A stretch of DNA of 61,989 nt, filler included, from Vannella sp. (taxonomy: Eukaryota): the NCBI GenBank assembly GCA_023345925.1. It is 6 parts of 6 records of this genome, joined end to end, with 100 filler letters (N's around TTAATTAATTAA, not from the genome) between each part and the next. Parts side by side here need not be neighbours in the genome. Positions count along the whole stretch, not along the records: positions 1 to 9,353 come from JAJQQN010000392.1; positions 9,454 to 18,286 come from JAJQQN010000707.1; 4 more parts are not named here. One strand, written 5' to 3'. Both the position numbers and the translations under genes were made by a program. Under the pieces are notes generated by a model. That model was not told where the DNA came from. It was given only the letters and a program-made list of their open reading frames with translations, and did not search any database. Of the stretch, positions 1 through 9,508 are shown in pieces (the stretch's first letter is position 1; each line of letters starts with the position of its first letter).

Positions 1-28
1 CTTGCCACTCCCGCACACGAGACCTTGA
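1..28 (+). CDS. 3' end of a further ankyrin-repeat gene copy (truncated by the window start)
   Basis: cttgccactcccgcacacgagaccttga closely matches the last codons and stop of the 727-1143 gene (cttgccacacctgcacacgagaccttga). Confidence 0.65.
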
Positions 29-726
29 CCTCTCACAGACCATTGCGATCAACCAGCTTCCGTTCTTCCTGCCGCCAAATAACTCCAAATGCGTCTCCTC
101 TCAACCTGAAGAACCTGGCTGACCTTCAAGGAGGACGAAAAAAGTGGAAACTTCCTAAACCGTCTTTTCGCCCTCTCGCCTTGCTTTGGAGTTCTCTTCT
201 TCTTGTGAGCAGAATGGGAAGAACCCACGCAGGGGATGGCCTCCTGCAAGGGAGAGATTGTGGGTAAAGGGCTTCCGGGGAGAAAGTCAGTCCTGAGAGA
301 GGGGTCCCCGATCTCAAGCTCTCTGAAACCGTGAGCCAAAGCACCTGGTCACTCCGTACTCGCCACAGATCAACGTTCCCGAAGTTCAGATTCCCAGGAA
401 ACGGCAGAGCCCGCTTCCCAGCCCCAAGCACAGAATTTTGCGAAAAGTCCCCAAATAGCGGCTTTTGCTCACTAACTGGCTGCTGGACGTGATGAACTTC
501 CAAGAAGGTTGATGTCTGCAAGCAATTTCGGGAATGCAAGCTGTTCGTGCAGTAGATCAAAGAGTGCGAGAAAGCGAGCTGCTGCGGGTGAGGTCCGCCA
601 CCGGAGTGAGTAAGAAAGCGAGATGCTGCAGGCGGGCTCCGCTACCGCGGGCAGGGCTCGCTTTCTTGTGTTCCTTCTGATACCGCTGGCACATGAGAGA
701 GAGCTTCATTCAATTCCACACCGCGG

Positions 727-1143
727 ATGGCCTCTTGGACTCCCTTGATACGCTTTATCGTTGAAAGCTCTTTCTGTGAGGAGGAGATGGTTCGATTCGT
801 CTCTTTCATCCATTGTAACACCACACACGGGACTACTCCGCTTCATTTTGCTGCTTTGAGTGAGGACACTCGCTTCCTCTCGTTTCTGCTTCGCCAGGGC
901 CTTCTTGCCGACATGCCCAACTACGACAATGAAACAGCCCTTCATTGGGCTGTCAAGAGTGGACACAAGGACGCCGTCTCCTTGCTCATCTCTCAAGGAG
1001 CCAACACTGGCAACCTCGACTTTGAGGGCAGATCCCCTCGAGACTGGGCTGAAGAGGAAGGCCACAAGCATCTGCTCCCTCTCTTCCCCTTGAAAGCCAA
1101 GAAACGGTCTCTTCTCTTGCCACACCTGCACACGAGACCTTGA
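727..1143 (+). CDS. Small ankyrin-repeat protein (tandem copy A)
   Basis: Ankyrin consensus motifs GTTPLHFAA, NETALHWAVKSGH, GRSPRDWA; 138 aa; true N-terminus uncertain. Confidence 0.85.
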   Translation: MASWTPLIRFIVESSFCEEEMVRFVSFIHCNTTHGTTPLHFAALSEDTRFLSFLLRQGLLADMPNYDNETALHWAVKSGHKDAVSLLISQGANTGNLDFEGRSPRDWAEEEGHKHLLPLFPLKAKKRSLLLPHLHTRP

Positions 1144-1554
1144 ACTCCCATCCGCCATTAACTCTCTAAATGCGTCACCTTCTGACCTTCGATAAAGAAA
1201 ATAGTGGAAACTACCCATCAATCGATTCCTGCTTGCCTTTGCCTTAAAGAAACATCTTCTTGGGAACACAGCGAGAGAGAGAGTCCGAGAACAGGGGAAG
1301 CCATCAGCAAAGTCAGAGAGTCAAGGCAAAGAAGCTCCATGGAGGGGAGAAATGGGTCAAGGACCTCTCGATGTTTGGGTTTAGGGTTGGGACCCCGATG
1401 ATGAGACGAATTGGTCCAATGGAATTGGATTCTCACAAGAAAGCGAGCTGCTGCTCGCCGACTTGACGAATGAAGGAAGATCGGCTCGCTTTCCCGCATT
1501 CCTTTGTAAAAGGCGGAACACACGAAAAAGGCCAGATTTACTTTCTTCTTCTGG

Positions 1555-1977
1555 ATGAACAAGACTTGGACGCCTTTGATTCGCTACATCGTTGAAGACT
1601 CTTTCTGTGAGAAGGAGATGGCCAGTTTCACTTCTTACATTCATTGTAACACCGTGCAGGGTTCCACTCCGCTTCATTTTGCTGCTTTGAGTGAGGATAC
1701 TCGCTTTCTCTCGTTTCTACTTCGCCAGGGCCTTCTCGCGGACATGACCAACTTCTACAACGAAACGGCCCTTCATTGGGCTGTCAAGAGTGGACGCAAG
1801 GAGACCGTCTCCTTGCTCATCTCTGAAGGTGCCAACACTTCCAAGGTTGACTCCGAGGGCAGATCCCCCAGAGATTGGGCTGAAGAGGAGGGCCACAAGC
1901 ATCTGCTCCCTCTCTTCCCTTTGAAAGCAAAGAAACGATCTCTTGCCACACGAGACTTTGAGGACCCTAAACCCTAA
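1555..1977 (+). CDS. Small ankyrin-repeat protein (tandem copy B)
   Basis: Close paralog of 727-1143 (GSTPLHFAALSEDTRFLSFLLRQG, ETALHWAVKSG). Confidence 0.85.
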   Translation: MNKTWTPLIRYIVEDSFCEKEMASFTSYIHCNTVQGSTPLHFAALSEDTRFLSFLLRQGLLADMTNFYNETALHWAVKSGRKETVSLLISEGANTSKVDSEGRSPRDWAEEEGHKHLLPLFPLKAKKRSLATRDFEDPKP

Positions 1978-2113
1978 ACCCCATTCAACCAGTTCCCGTC
2001 CTTTCGCTGGGCTCATCTAATTGTTCCTTCTGATGTTATTGGAGGAAAAGGTTTGATCACCTGAAGGGGGAAATGGAAAGAAAGAGCATTTATTTGAGGA
2101 TCGCTTGCCGAGG

Positions 2114-2987
2114 ATGGGCGACAGCAGCTACTCTTTCTCTCTGACGACCTTCAGCCCCTCAGGAAAGCTTGTACAGATTGAGTATGCTTTACAAGCGGTC
2201 ATGCACGGAACGACATCTTTGGGTATCAAAGGTGAGGGAAGGAGGGAACGAGGAGCTGGAAGGGGAACTCACGGACCACTCTAGCTAAGGATGGAGTTGT
2301 TATTGCCACGGAGAAGAAGCTCCCCGATTTGATGCGTGGGGAGACCATCCAGAAGATCAGCAACTTGACGGACAACATTGGAGTAGTCTACTCTGGTTTG
2401 AACCCAGACTCGCGCGTGCTGGTGACCAAAGGTCGCAAACTCGCTCAGGAGTACTACCGAACTTATAAGGAGAACATCTCTGTCTCTCAGATCGTCAAGC
2501 AGATCGCCAACGTCATGCAAGAGTACACTCAATCTGGGTGCGTCTCTCTCCAGGGGTCTTCGCTTGATTTGGGACCTCGTAGCTGACCTTTGGGCTCTGT
2601 TAGTGGTGTGAGACCCTTTGGTGTGTCGCTGTTGGTCGCTGGAGTCGATGAAAATGGCCCCATGTTCTACCAAGTTGATCCCTCTGGCTCCTACTGGCGC
2701 TGGAAGGCCAGTGCAATCGGGAAAAACATGCTCAATGCTAAGACCTTCCTTGAGAAGCGGTACGTGAGACTCCTACGTCTAAAGAGTTACAAGACCAACC
2801 CCTTTTCAGATACAACGAAGATATCGAGTTGGAGGACGCCATCCACACTGCTATCCTCACTCTGAAGGAGGGCTTTGAGGGTCAAATGACAGAGAACAAC
2901 ATCGAGATCGGCATCGTCGATCTTTCAGGTCGCTTCCGCGTTCTGACTCCAGCAGAGGTGAAGGACTACTTGGGCGGCGCAGAGTAA
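2114..2987 (+). CDS. PSMA2: 20S proteasome subunit alpha type-2, 4 exons
   Basis: [55 protein letters not shown] introns 2232-2284, 2538-2603, 2760-2809 restore the frame; TAA at 2985-2987. Confidence 0.97.
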
Positions 2988-3091
2988 GCTTCTACTGATC
3001 GATTCTCTTCGGGAACACAACCAAATGACCATAAACTGCCCTCCAGAGGAACAGAAGCGCTCCTTTTAGCAAGGGAATCACTCCCAATCGT

Positions 3092-3523
3092 TCACAGGAC
3101 AGGTGGAGGGCCTTCTTGGATGCGATCGATAAGCCAGTGATTGGCATTGATCAGGTACTGCAGCTGCCGGAAGCAACTGGCCATTAGTTGGAACTGTCCA
3201 GCACAGTTCGAGTGCGGCGCGTTCAATTGGATCTCCAAGTCCAGTAGGGTGGCGTCTAGCTCCTCATTCTTCTGCATTTGAAGCTCTATACGATGCTGGA
3301 GTGTGTTCTTGCGTATTGTAAGCTGCTTCAACAGCTCAGCAGCTTGCTTTTCCTCTTCCTTCCGTTCTTCTCCTTTCGTAGGTGCCAGGGTGAGCCGTGG
3401 GCCTCCTCCGAACAATCCTGGCACTATAACGAAGACTATCACAAAGACAGCAACGCCCCCTGCCACTGCCAACCACTGATTAGCCTTTTCCCTCCGCAGG
3501 GATGGAGAACGTCCCTCCCACAT
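3092..3523 (-). CDS. Hypothetical single-TM coiled-coil protein
   Basis: First ATG at 3523; hydrophobic WLAVAGGVAVFVIVFVIVPGLF followed by heptad-rich segment; no family recognised. Confidence 0.55.
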   Translation of the reverse strand: MWEGRSPSLRREKANQWLAVAGGVAVFVIVFVIVPGLFGGGPRLTLAPTKGEERKEEEKQAAELLKQLTIRKNTLQHRIELQMQKNEELDATLLDLEIQLNAPHSNCAGQFQLMASCFRQLQYLINANHWLIDRIQEGPPPVL

Positions 3524-3604
3524 GCTGTGCAGACAATGAGCCCAAAGATCATCAACAGGACATGGTACAAGGCTTGTAGTGGACAAAGGCACCTCTGAGA
3601 GGCT

Positions 3605-4222
3605 TCAGGCATGGCGCCGCGAGCTTGAGGAGCCAGTTCGGGCGATAAATGTGCGAGAGGGCTTGAAGGGACGGTCACGACCGCCAAAGCGGAGTTGCCC
3701 AGACTCTTTGCGTCCTCCGAGTCCTCCTCCTAACCGGCGAGGGACCCAACCAGGCTGAACGCGCTCCCTTTCGATGTCAACGAGGATCATTCGACCGTCA
3801 AGCATGCGCCGATGCATCACTTGGAAGGCGCGTTGGCAGTCTGCACGGTGCTCATACTCAATGAACGCATAACCCCGGCTCTTCTCCGTCTTGGCGTGAC
3901 GAACAAGGCGAAGACGGCGAATCTCCCCCAATCGGCCAAACTCCTCGCGCAGGGTCTCCTCTGTCGTGTCAAAGTGTAGTCGGCCAACAAAGAGAGAGTA
4001 CCGTGGGTCTCCTTTGATGTTGGGATCCTTCGCAGCGTCATCTGTTGGTTCAGTCAGCTCCTTGCTCCATTACTTGGGATCCAGCTCGTTACAGTACGCA
4101 TGACATGCTCTCGTGATTGCTCGGTCATGTGGTTGCGTGTCAGTTCCGTCAATCGAACCAGCTTCGATGGGATTGTACTCCTCCCCCGGCTGGTACACCA
4201 ACCTGTCACCCCTGCCAGCCAT
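3605..4222 (-). CDS. SNRNP35: U11/U12 snRNP 35 kDa protein (minor spliceosome), 2 exons
   Basis: YNPIEAGSIDGTDTQPHDRAI N-terminus, RRM (SLFVGRL...RGYAFIEY) and GWVPRRLGGGLGGRKESGQLRFGGRDRPF; one intron ~4042-4092. Confidence 0.93.
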
Positions 4223-4290
4223 CAAATGAACCCCACTGGACTAGAAACGAAGTGACTAAGTGTTTAGGAGTGAGTTTGAGCCAGTTGCTG

Positions 4291-4682
4291 ATGTCGGGAA
4301 GGTGAGGGGGGTGTTGGTGGGTTCTGTGTTGGGGCTGGGGTGCTAATCCAGGCGCAGTGAGCCGCTAACGAAGAGCCAGAAGCGTAATCGGAGGAGGAAA
4401 GAGGCTGGCAAGGCTGCGGAGGGAGAGAAGGATGAAGGAATCGTGTTGGATGTGTTGGAATCGATGCTGACGCCTGGTGTGGGCGACGGGGTGATCAAGA
4501 CACTTAACATGGTCTTCTTAGCACTGTTTCTCGTCCTCATACTGATGGTGCTGCTGGTGGGGTCGATCCACTATGGAGTGATGCTCTTCTTCGCGGGAGG
4601 TCTCTTCTTCTCGGTCCAGTTCTTCCTTTTGGAGGCTTCAAAGAACCCCAACATCCTCAAACCTTCGAGTGGCTCTCTCTGA
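4291..4682 (+). CDS. Pkr1-like small ER membrane protein (V-ATPase assembly factor family), 2 exons
   Basis: ESMLTPG followed by two TM helices joined by SIHY, matching the Pkr1 pattern; intron 4302-4351 joins ATG 4291 in frame. Confidence 0.65.
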
Positions 4683-4802
4683 TGATCCTTAGTGTCTATT
4701 CAAGCTCAAACGAATGTAAAATGGAGCGATCAAGCTCGTAGTCTCCCTCTTAGTTGATACAGAGCGGTTCCTTCTTTGAGTGTAGTCAGGAGATGTGTGT
4801 CC

Positions 4803-5333
4803 TTACTTCATGGCTCGGTTGGAGGAGAGGTCTGAGAGAGAGAGGCGCATGTAGGACGCGTCCTTGCCATACTGGTCCAGCGGTTTGCTGCATGAGGCTG
4901 CCTGGAAGCCATGCTTTAACCAGAAGGAAGGAGCATCTTGAACTGCAACGAGGCTAGCGTGAAGATAGCCTTGTGCCCGAGCCCACGTGAGAGCAGTGCG
5001 AATGAGCTTCGTTGCCACTGATCGGCCTCGTTGCGAAGGATGAACAGCGAGGTCATGCATGTAGAACTCAAGTGTAGATGACTCTGTCTGCAGAGAAGGT
5101 CTGGGAAGTCGCTGGCCTAAAGGAGGAGCAGAAAAGGCTGGCCAAGGGTGGCAAAGAAGGTATCCCACCACAGCTCCTTCGCTTTCAGCTACCCAACAGC
5201 ACTCTCCTGCCATAGCTGCTTTGTCTTGCATGACATCCAATGATTCAGGTTCGAACAGGAAGTAGCTGGCCTCCTGAATGACCATTATCATCTCCCAATC
5301 GCCCTCCTCAATGACCCGCACTTTCACAGACAT
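4803..5333 (-). CDS. GNAT-family N-acetyltransferase, intronless
   Basis: VVGYLLCHPW, YMHDLAVHPSQRGRSVATKL (acetyl-CoA motif A), SLVAVQDAPSFWLKHGF; ATG at 5333. Confidence 0.88.
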   Translation of the reverse strand: MSVKVRVIEEGDWEMIMVIQEASYFLFEPESLDVMQDKAAMAGECCWVAESEGAVVGYLLCHPWPAFSAPPLGQRLPRPSLQTESSTLEFYMHDLAVHPSQRGRSVATKLIRTALTWARAQGYLHASLVAVQDAPSFWLKHGFQAASCSKPLDQYGKDASYMRLSLSDLSSNRAMK

Positions 5334-5650
5334 CTCCAAACAGCCTGAGAACTCCGCAAGTATCACAGAAGGCAACCCCAAGCCAGTCTTAATCTTCTTC
5401 GCTCCCTTCTCCTCCCGTCCCTCTCAAGGGCTTGGACTTGTAAAAGATGTTTTCCTGGAACACCTTCAAAAATCCAATTCATATTATTAATATTATTATA
5501 ATCATTGACAATCATCTTCAAAGATAAACAATCATGGAGAGGTCAAAAAAGGGCGGGAAAATCATGCGTAGCGGCAATGAGTAACGGCGCTGTGCTTACT
5601 GATGGGACCAGTGTGGACGTTTCTTAGTCATTTGTTGCTTGGAAGTTCTC

Positions 5651-8600
5651 ATGGCACGTCCCAGTGCGACCCGAGGAAAGAAGGCGGCAGCGGTAGAGAA
5701 ATCCCCTCCTCCTATCAGAGGGAGGAAGAGCCAAGCCCAAGCTCCCTTGGGGAAGCGAGGGAAAGCTTCTGTCGCTGTCCGCAGTACTGATAGCCCACCA
5801 CCGAGTAAAAGAGCTCGAAAGGCATCCACAGCGGTATCTCAAGAGCCTGCAGAGTCCTCCGAAGAGGGGGGAAGTGGAGAGGAGGAGGAAAGAAGTGACG
5901 AGGAAGCCTCCTCGTCTGACGAATCACGAGACAACGACGAGGCTTCTCAGATCTACGGAACAATCGAGCGTGCCCCCCGAGCCAAGCCCATAGCTCGTCC
6001 CACCACAAAATCTGGTCGCCCTTCCACTTCTGGGTCGTCCTCAGGCCAAGCCCTCCTCAAGCACGTCCTTGCTGGCGAGAATAAGCGTGCAGTGGACGGT
6101 TGGATGACACGATACGGACGCGCACCCCGTACAGCCACCACAGAACTCATCAATCTGATCATTGCAGCGGCTGGATCTGCTAAGACTGTGAGCGAAGAGC
6201 AGTTTGAGACTGTAGACCTTGACGAGGTGATGGAACAGTTCCAAACAGAGCGCTATCTGTCCTCAGGAGGAGATTATCCACTCAAAACGGGGCGGACACC
6301 CACCAACCTCACCCACTTCATGGCCTTTTGGGACGGTCTGATCCAATCCGCTCGTTCAGAGGTTATCTACGACTCGTACTTGCTCCCGTCACTCAACGCG
6401 TGGCTGGTTACCTTCTCCCAAGCGAAAATGAGGCCATTCCGTCATGTGGCGACTCTCACATCTTGCCAAATGGTCCTCAGCCTCTCACAAGTTGCTCATT
6501 CCCTCCGCGAAGAGCTAGCAGCGCCTGAGCGCCTTGCCAGAGCTCGTGGTGCAGCAGCAAGACTGAAAACGCGCTTGGCCCAGATGCACCAGCAGGTCCT
6601 CGATGTTGAGTACCTCATCAACGGTCACTTCTCGGGAGTCTTCAAACGACGGTACCGGGACCGATGGGCGCCTATTCGTAAGTGCTGCATCCATTTCCTG
6701 TCGCAATGGATGCTCTCGTACTCTTCTGTGTTTGTGAGCGACCACTATTTGAAGTATTTGGGCTGGGCGCTCTCAGACCGAGACGCGGAGTGCCGCAGGA
6801 ATGCTTTGGCATGCTTGGAACGACTCTGTCAAGAGAGCAACCTGCTCCCTCTCATGGAGAACTTTGTGAGCTTCTACCGACCGCGCATCCTGAAGATGCC
6901 TTGTGACGTTGACCCTGCTGCTGCTGCCTTGGGCATCCGCTTGTTGGACCGTTTGGCCCGAGCAGACCAGCTTGAAGGGGAGCATGTGGAGGAGATCTTC
7001 CAGTTAGTGTCAGACAGCAATGCCACCATCCGGCACGAAGCGGCGCGGTTCATTAAGAACTACCAATTGAACTCCCTCGAAGAGGGCGAACGGATTGCGG
7101 ATGAAACGGACAGTCAGACTACTTGCCGTCGCTTTGTGGCATTCATTCTGGAGCATACGAGTCAGTCAGAGCTTCCAGAGTACATTGTTGATGCTCTGTG
7201 GGACCCTACGCTATGGGAGAGCACGGCACCGAGCCGCCGTTCGCGGGATGACCCACTTGGGTACATCTTCTTGCGTGATTGGGCAGGGATGGTGGGCTTG
7301 CTGATGCCAGAAGGAGGTCGAGAGTCCGAGCTAACCTCTTCTGAACAAGCTGTTCTCTGTCGAGTCCTTCGAGCTACCGTCCGCAAGAGTATGGGAGAGG
7401 AGATTGTCCCCAAACAACGAGGCGAGCACAACATTCGAGAGTCTGCAGCTCGACAGCAAAGAAACCGAACATTGGTGACTCGGTGCTTCCTCCAAAGCCT
7501 CGGTGCTTTGCTCAGTAAGTTCCAAGCAGACCCAGAGAAGGTGGAAAGCTTGCTCCCCATTGCCACCCACTTGGACTTGTCCTTGATAGAAGAGGAGCAA
7601 GCACGAGAGCCATTTGTGGAGCTCATGGCAACCATCCAGCAGCTTCTCTTGAACCGAGGAGAGGAACGCGTGTTAGCTGGTTGTGCTAAGGCGCTCAGAC
7701 ACTTTCAAACAGAGGATGGCGGCAATTCCTGCCAAGCAGATGCCGTTACAGTCATTCAGGAGACCGAAATGGAGCTCTACGAGCGACTAGAAGAGAGTGC
7801 AGCAATGCTAGATGACTTGGAAGAGACTGGTGTCCACCGTAGAGGCTGCTTGGCCCTCCGAAACACTCTTTTACGGCTCCACCAGCTTGCCACTCATCTA
7901 CCACTGGAGAACTGCACTTCCACAACAACAGAGCTGCTCTCCAAGATCATCTACGCGCACTTGCAAGATGCGGAACTAGGCGATGAGATCCGAAGGAGTG
8001 CCATTGAAGTCCTCAGCTTCCACACCATGTGGAGGATGAGCCGGGCCACTCAGACTCTCCGTGAGACCGGAGCGGGAGCAACTCCATCTGACTTGGGAGT
8101 GGAAGAGCTTCGTAAGGACGAGCATCTGGTTCTCTCCTCTCTGGAGCGGCTCTTCCTGAGCGAATCCTCTTCGACCAAGCAGCGAGAATACTGTTTCTTG
8201 AAGATTATGGACCTAATGGCACTCTTCTCACCTAAACTACGCCGAACAGCTCTTCGTGGACTCGTTTACGAAGCGAGTGCGCATTTGCGCGCCCAAATGG
8301 AGATCTTCTTTGGGTCTGTCATGAGCAAGAGCCCCCGTTTGGTAGATGTAGAGCAACAAGGAACGGAAAAGCAGTCTAAGAGAGTGATTCTGATGTCAGC
8401 AGCGCGTGGTATTGTGTGTGGGACTCTCCCTATGCCCGTTTGGGCTCCGCTAGTGCTGAGTCAGATGCTTTGTCATAACGATAAGACGATGGACGATTCA
8501 GTTAAGCTGCTGATGAACCAGTTGCGCCAGTCCAACAATGCATCGGTGGAGAGCAAGATTGTCTTCAAGGCATTGAGCCTCCGCTTTGAACAAGCTCTTG

Positions 8601-9337
8601 ATAGAGGCACACCTGCCGCCATGCAGAGCTACAAGGACTTTGCAACGAAGCTGGGAGCTCTTTACCCTCACCGAAAGATGGAGTGCCAAGACACTTTGCA
8701 CCGCACCTTGCAAGCGGTCTTCCTCGAGGCCGTCAGGGAGTACCCGAAGCGACAGAGCATCTTAGATGGTCTTGTCATGTTCGCCTCAAAGCTGTTCCCG
8801 AACAGAGCAGCGCGGGTGGTTGGATTCTGTGAGAATGTGATGGAAGAGCAGCGCATTGCTTTGGAGGACTTGGACGGGAGCGAACCGTTGTCTGCGTTCA
8901 TGGAGTACCTCCGCGGTGTTGCAGATAAGACAGACCCCGCTGTTCTTCGTAAGAAGATCGCGACTGCACGGACGAGTGTCGCAAAGGCCTCAAGAGAAGA
9001 GGAAGAGGACCGCCCTGCAGTAGATGAGGACATCTTGCGAGAAGTAGCGCGCCAATTCGACCTTCGCCAAGACAGTGAAGACGAAGATGAAGGCTCTCTT
9101 CGCTTCGGAGAGTCAGACGACGAACTCGCCGTCCCCTCCGACGGAGAGGACTCCCACCAACTCTCCTCCATCCCCGACGACGGCATCATCGACAGCCAAG
9201 ACGACCCCCTCCTCGCTGCCTCCGATGAAGAAGCACTCTCTCCTCCCCGCAAAGCCTCCATCGCCAAGCGCCCTCCCTCCACCAGAGAAGGCGACGAGCC
9301 AACCAAGAAGAAGCGAAAGTTAACTCGAAACCAATAA
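5651..9337 (+). CDS. STAG: Cohesin subunit SA/STAG/Scc3, apparently intronless
   Basis: STAG/SCD motifs RPFRHVATL, GVFKRRYRD...IR..CI..L..W, DHYLKYLGWALSD; acidic low-complexity termini. Confidence 0.93.
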   Translation: MARPSATRGKKAAAVEKSPPPIRGRKSQAQAPLGKRGKASVAVRSTDSPPPSKRARKASTAVSQEPAESSEEGGSGEEEERSDEEASSSDESRDNDEASQIYGTIERAPRAKPIARPTTKSGRPSTSGSSSGQALLKHVLAGENKRAVDGWMTRYGRAPRTATTELINLIIAAAGSAKTVSEEQFETVDLDEVMEQFQTERYLSSGGDYPLKTGRTPTNLTHFMAFWDGLIQSARSEVIYDSYLLPSLNAWLVTFSQAKMRPFRHVATLTSCQMVLSLSQVAHSLREELAAPERLARARGAAARLKTRLAQMHQQVLDVEYLINGHFSGVFKRRYRDRWAPIRKCCIHFLSQWMLSYSSVFVSDHYLKYLGWALSDRDAECRRNALACLERLCQESNLLPLMENFVSFYRPRILKMPCDVDPAAAALGIRLLDRLARADQLEGEHVEEIFQLVSDSNATIRHEAARFIKNYQLNSLEEGERIADETDSQTTCRRFVAFILEHTSQSELPEYIVDALWDPTLWESTAPSRRSRDDPLGYIFLRDWAGMVGLLMPEGGRESELTSSEQAVLCRVLRATVRKSMGEEIVPKQRGEHNIRESAARQQRNRTLVTRCFLQSLGALLSKFQADPEKVESLLPIATHLDLSLIEEEQAREPFVELMATIQQLLLNRGEERVLAGCAKALRHFQTEDGGNSCQADAVTVIQETEMELYERLEESAAMLDDLEETGVHRRGCLALRNTLLRLHQLATHLPLENCTSTTTELLSKIIYAHLQDAELGDEIRRSAIEVLSFHTMWRMSRATQTLRETGAGATPSDLGVEELRKDEHLVLSSLERLFLSESSSTKQREYCFLKIMDLMALFSPKLRRTALRGLVYEASAHLRAQMEIFFGSVMSKSPRLVDVEQQGTEKQSKRVILMSAARGIVCGTLPMPVWAPLVLSQMLCHNDKTMDDSVKLLMNQLRQSNNASVESKIVFKALSLRFEQALDRGTPAAMQSYKDFATKLGALYPHRKMECQDTLHRTLQAVFLEAVREYPKRQSILDGLVMFASKLFPNRAARVVGFCENVMEEQRIALEDLDGSEPLSAFMEYLRGVADKTDPAVLRKKIATARTSVAKASREEEEDRPAVDEDILREVARQFDLRQDSEDEDEGSLRFGESDDELAVPSDGEDSHQLSSIPDDGIIDSQDDPLLAASDEEALSPPRKASIAKRPPSTREGDEPTKKKRKLTRNQ

Positions 9338-9353
9338 ATTCTTGAAATTACTG

Positions 9354-9453
9354 NNNNNNNNNNNNNNNNNNNNNNNNNNNNNNNNNNNNNNNNNNNNTTA
9401 ATTAATTAANNNNNNNNNNNNNNNNNNNNNNNNNNNNNNNNNNNNNNNNNNNN
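9354..9453. other. Artificial contig linker (N44-TTAATTAATTAA-N44)
   Basis: Identical 100-nt spacer with stops in all six frames, repeated five times in the window. Confidence 0.98.
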
Positions 9454-9508
9454 GGGGGGACGATTGAACTCAGTTGAAACGGCGAAAGTCTATTCTTCAC
9501 AATGTCGA

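Noticed and set aside
441..453. gaaaagtcccc resembling RNase MRP CR-I
   Set aside because: No downstream GGGGCU/CR-V partner or supporting structure found
9398..9409. Recurring palindromic TTAATTAATTAA as a biological repeat or transposon target site
   Set aside because: Always centred in exactly 44+44 Ns; an assembly linker
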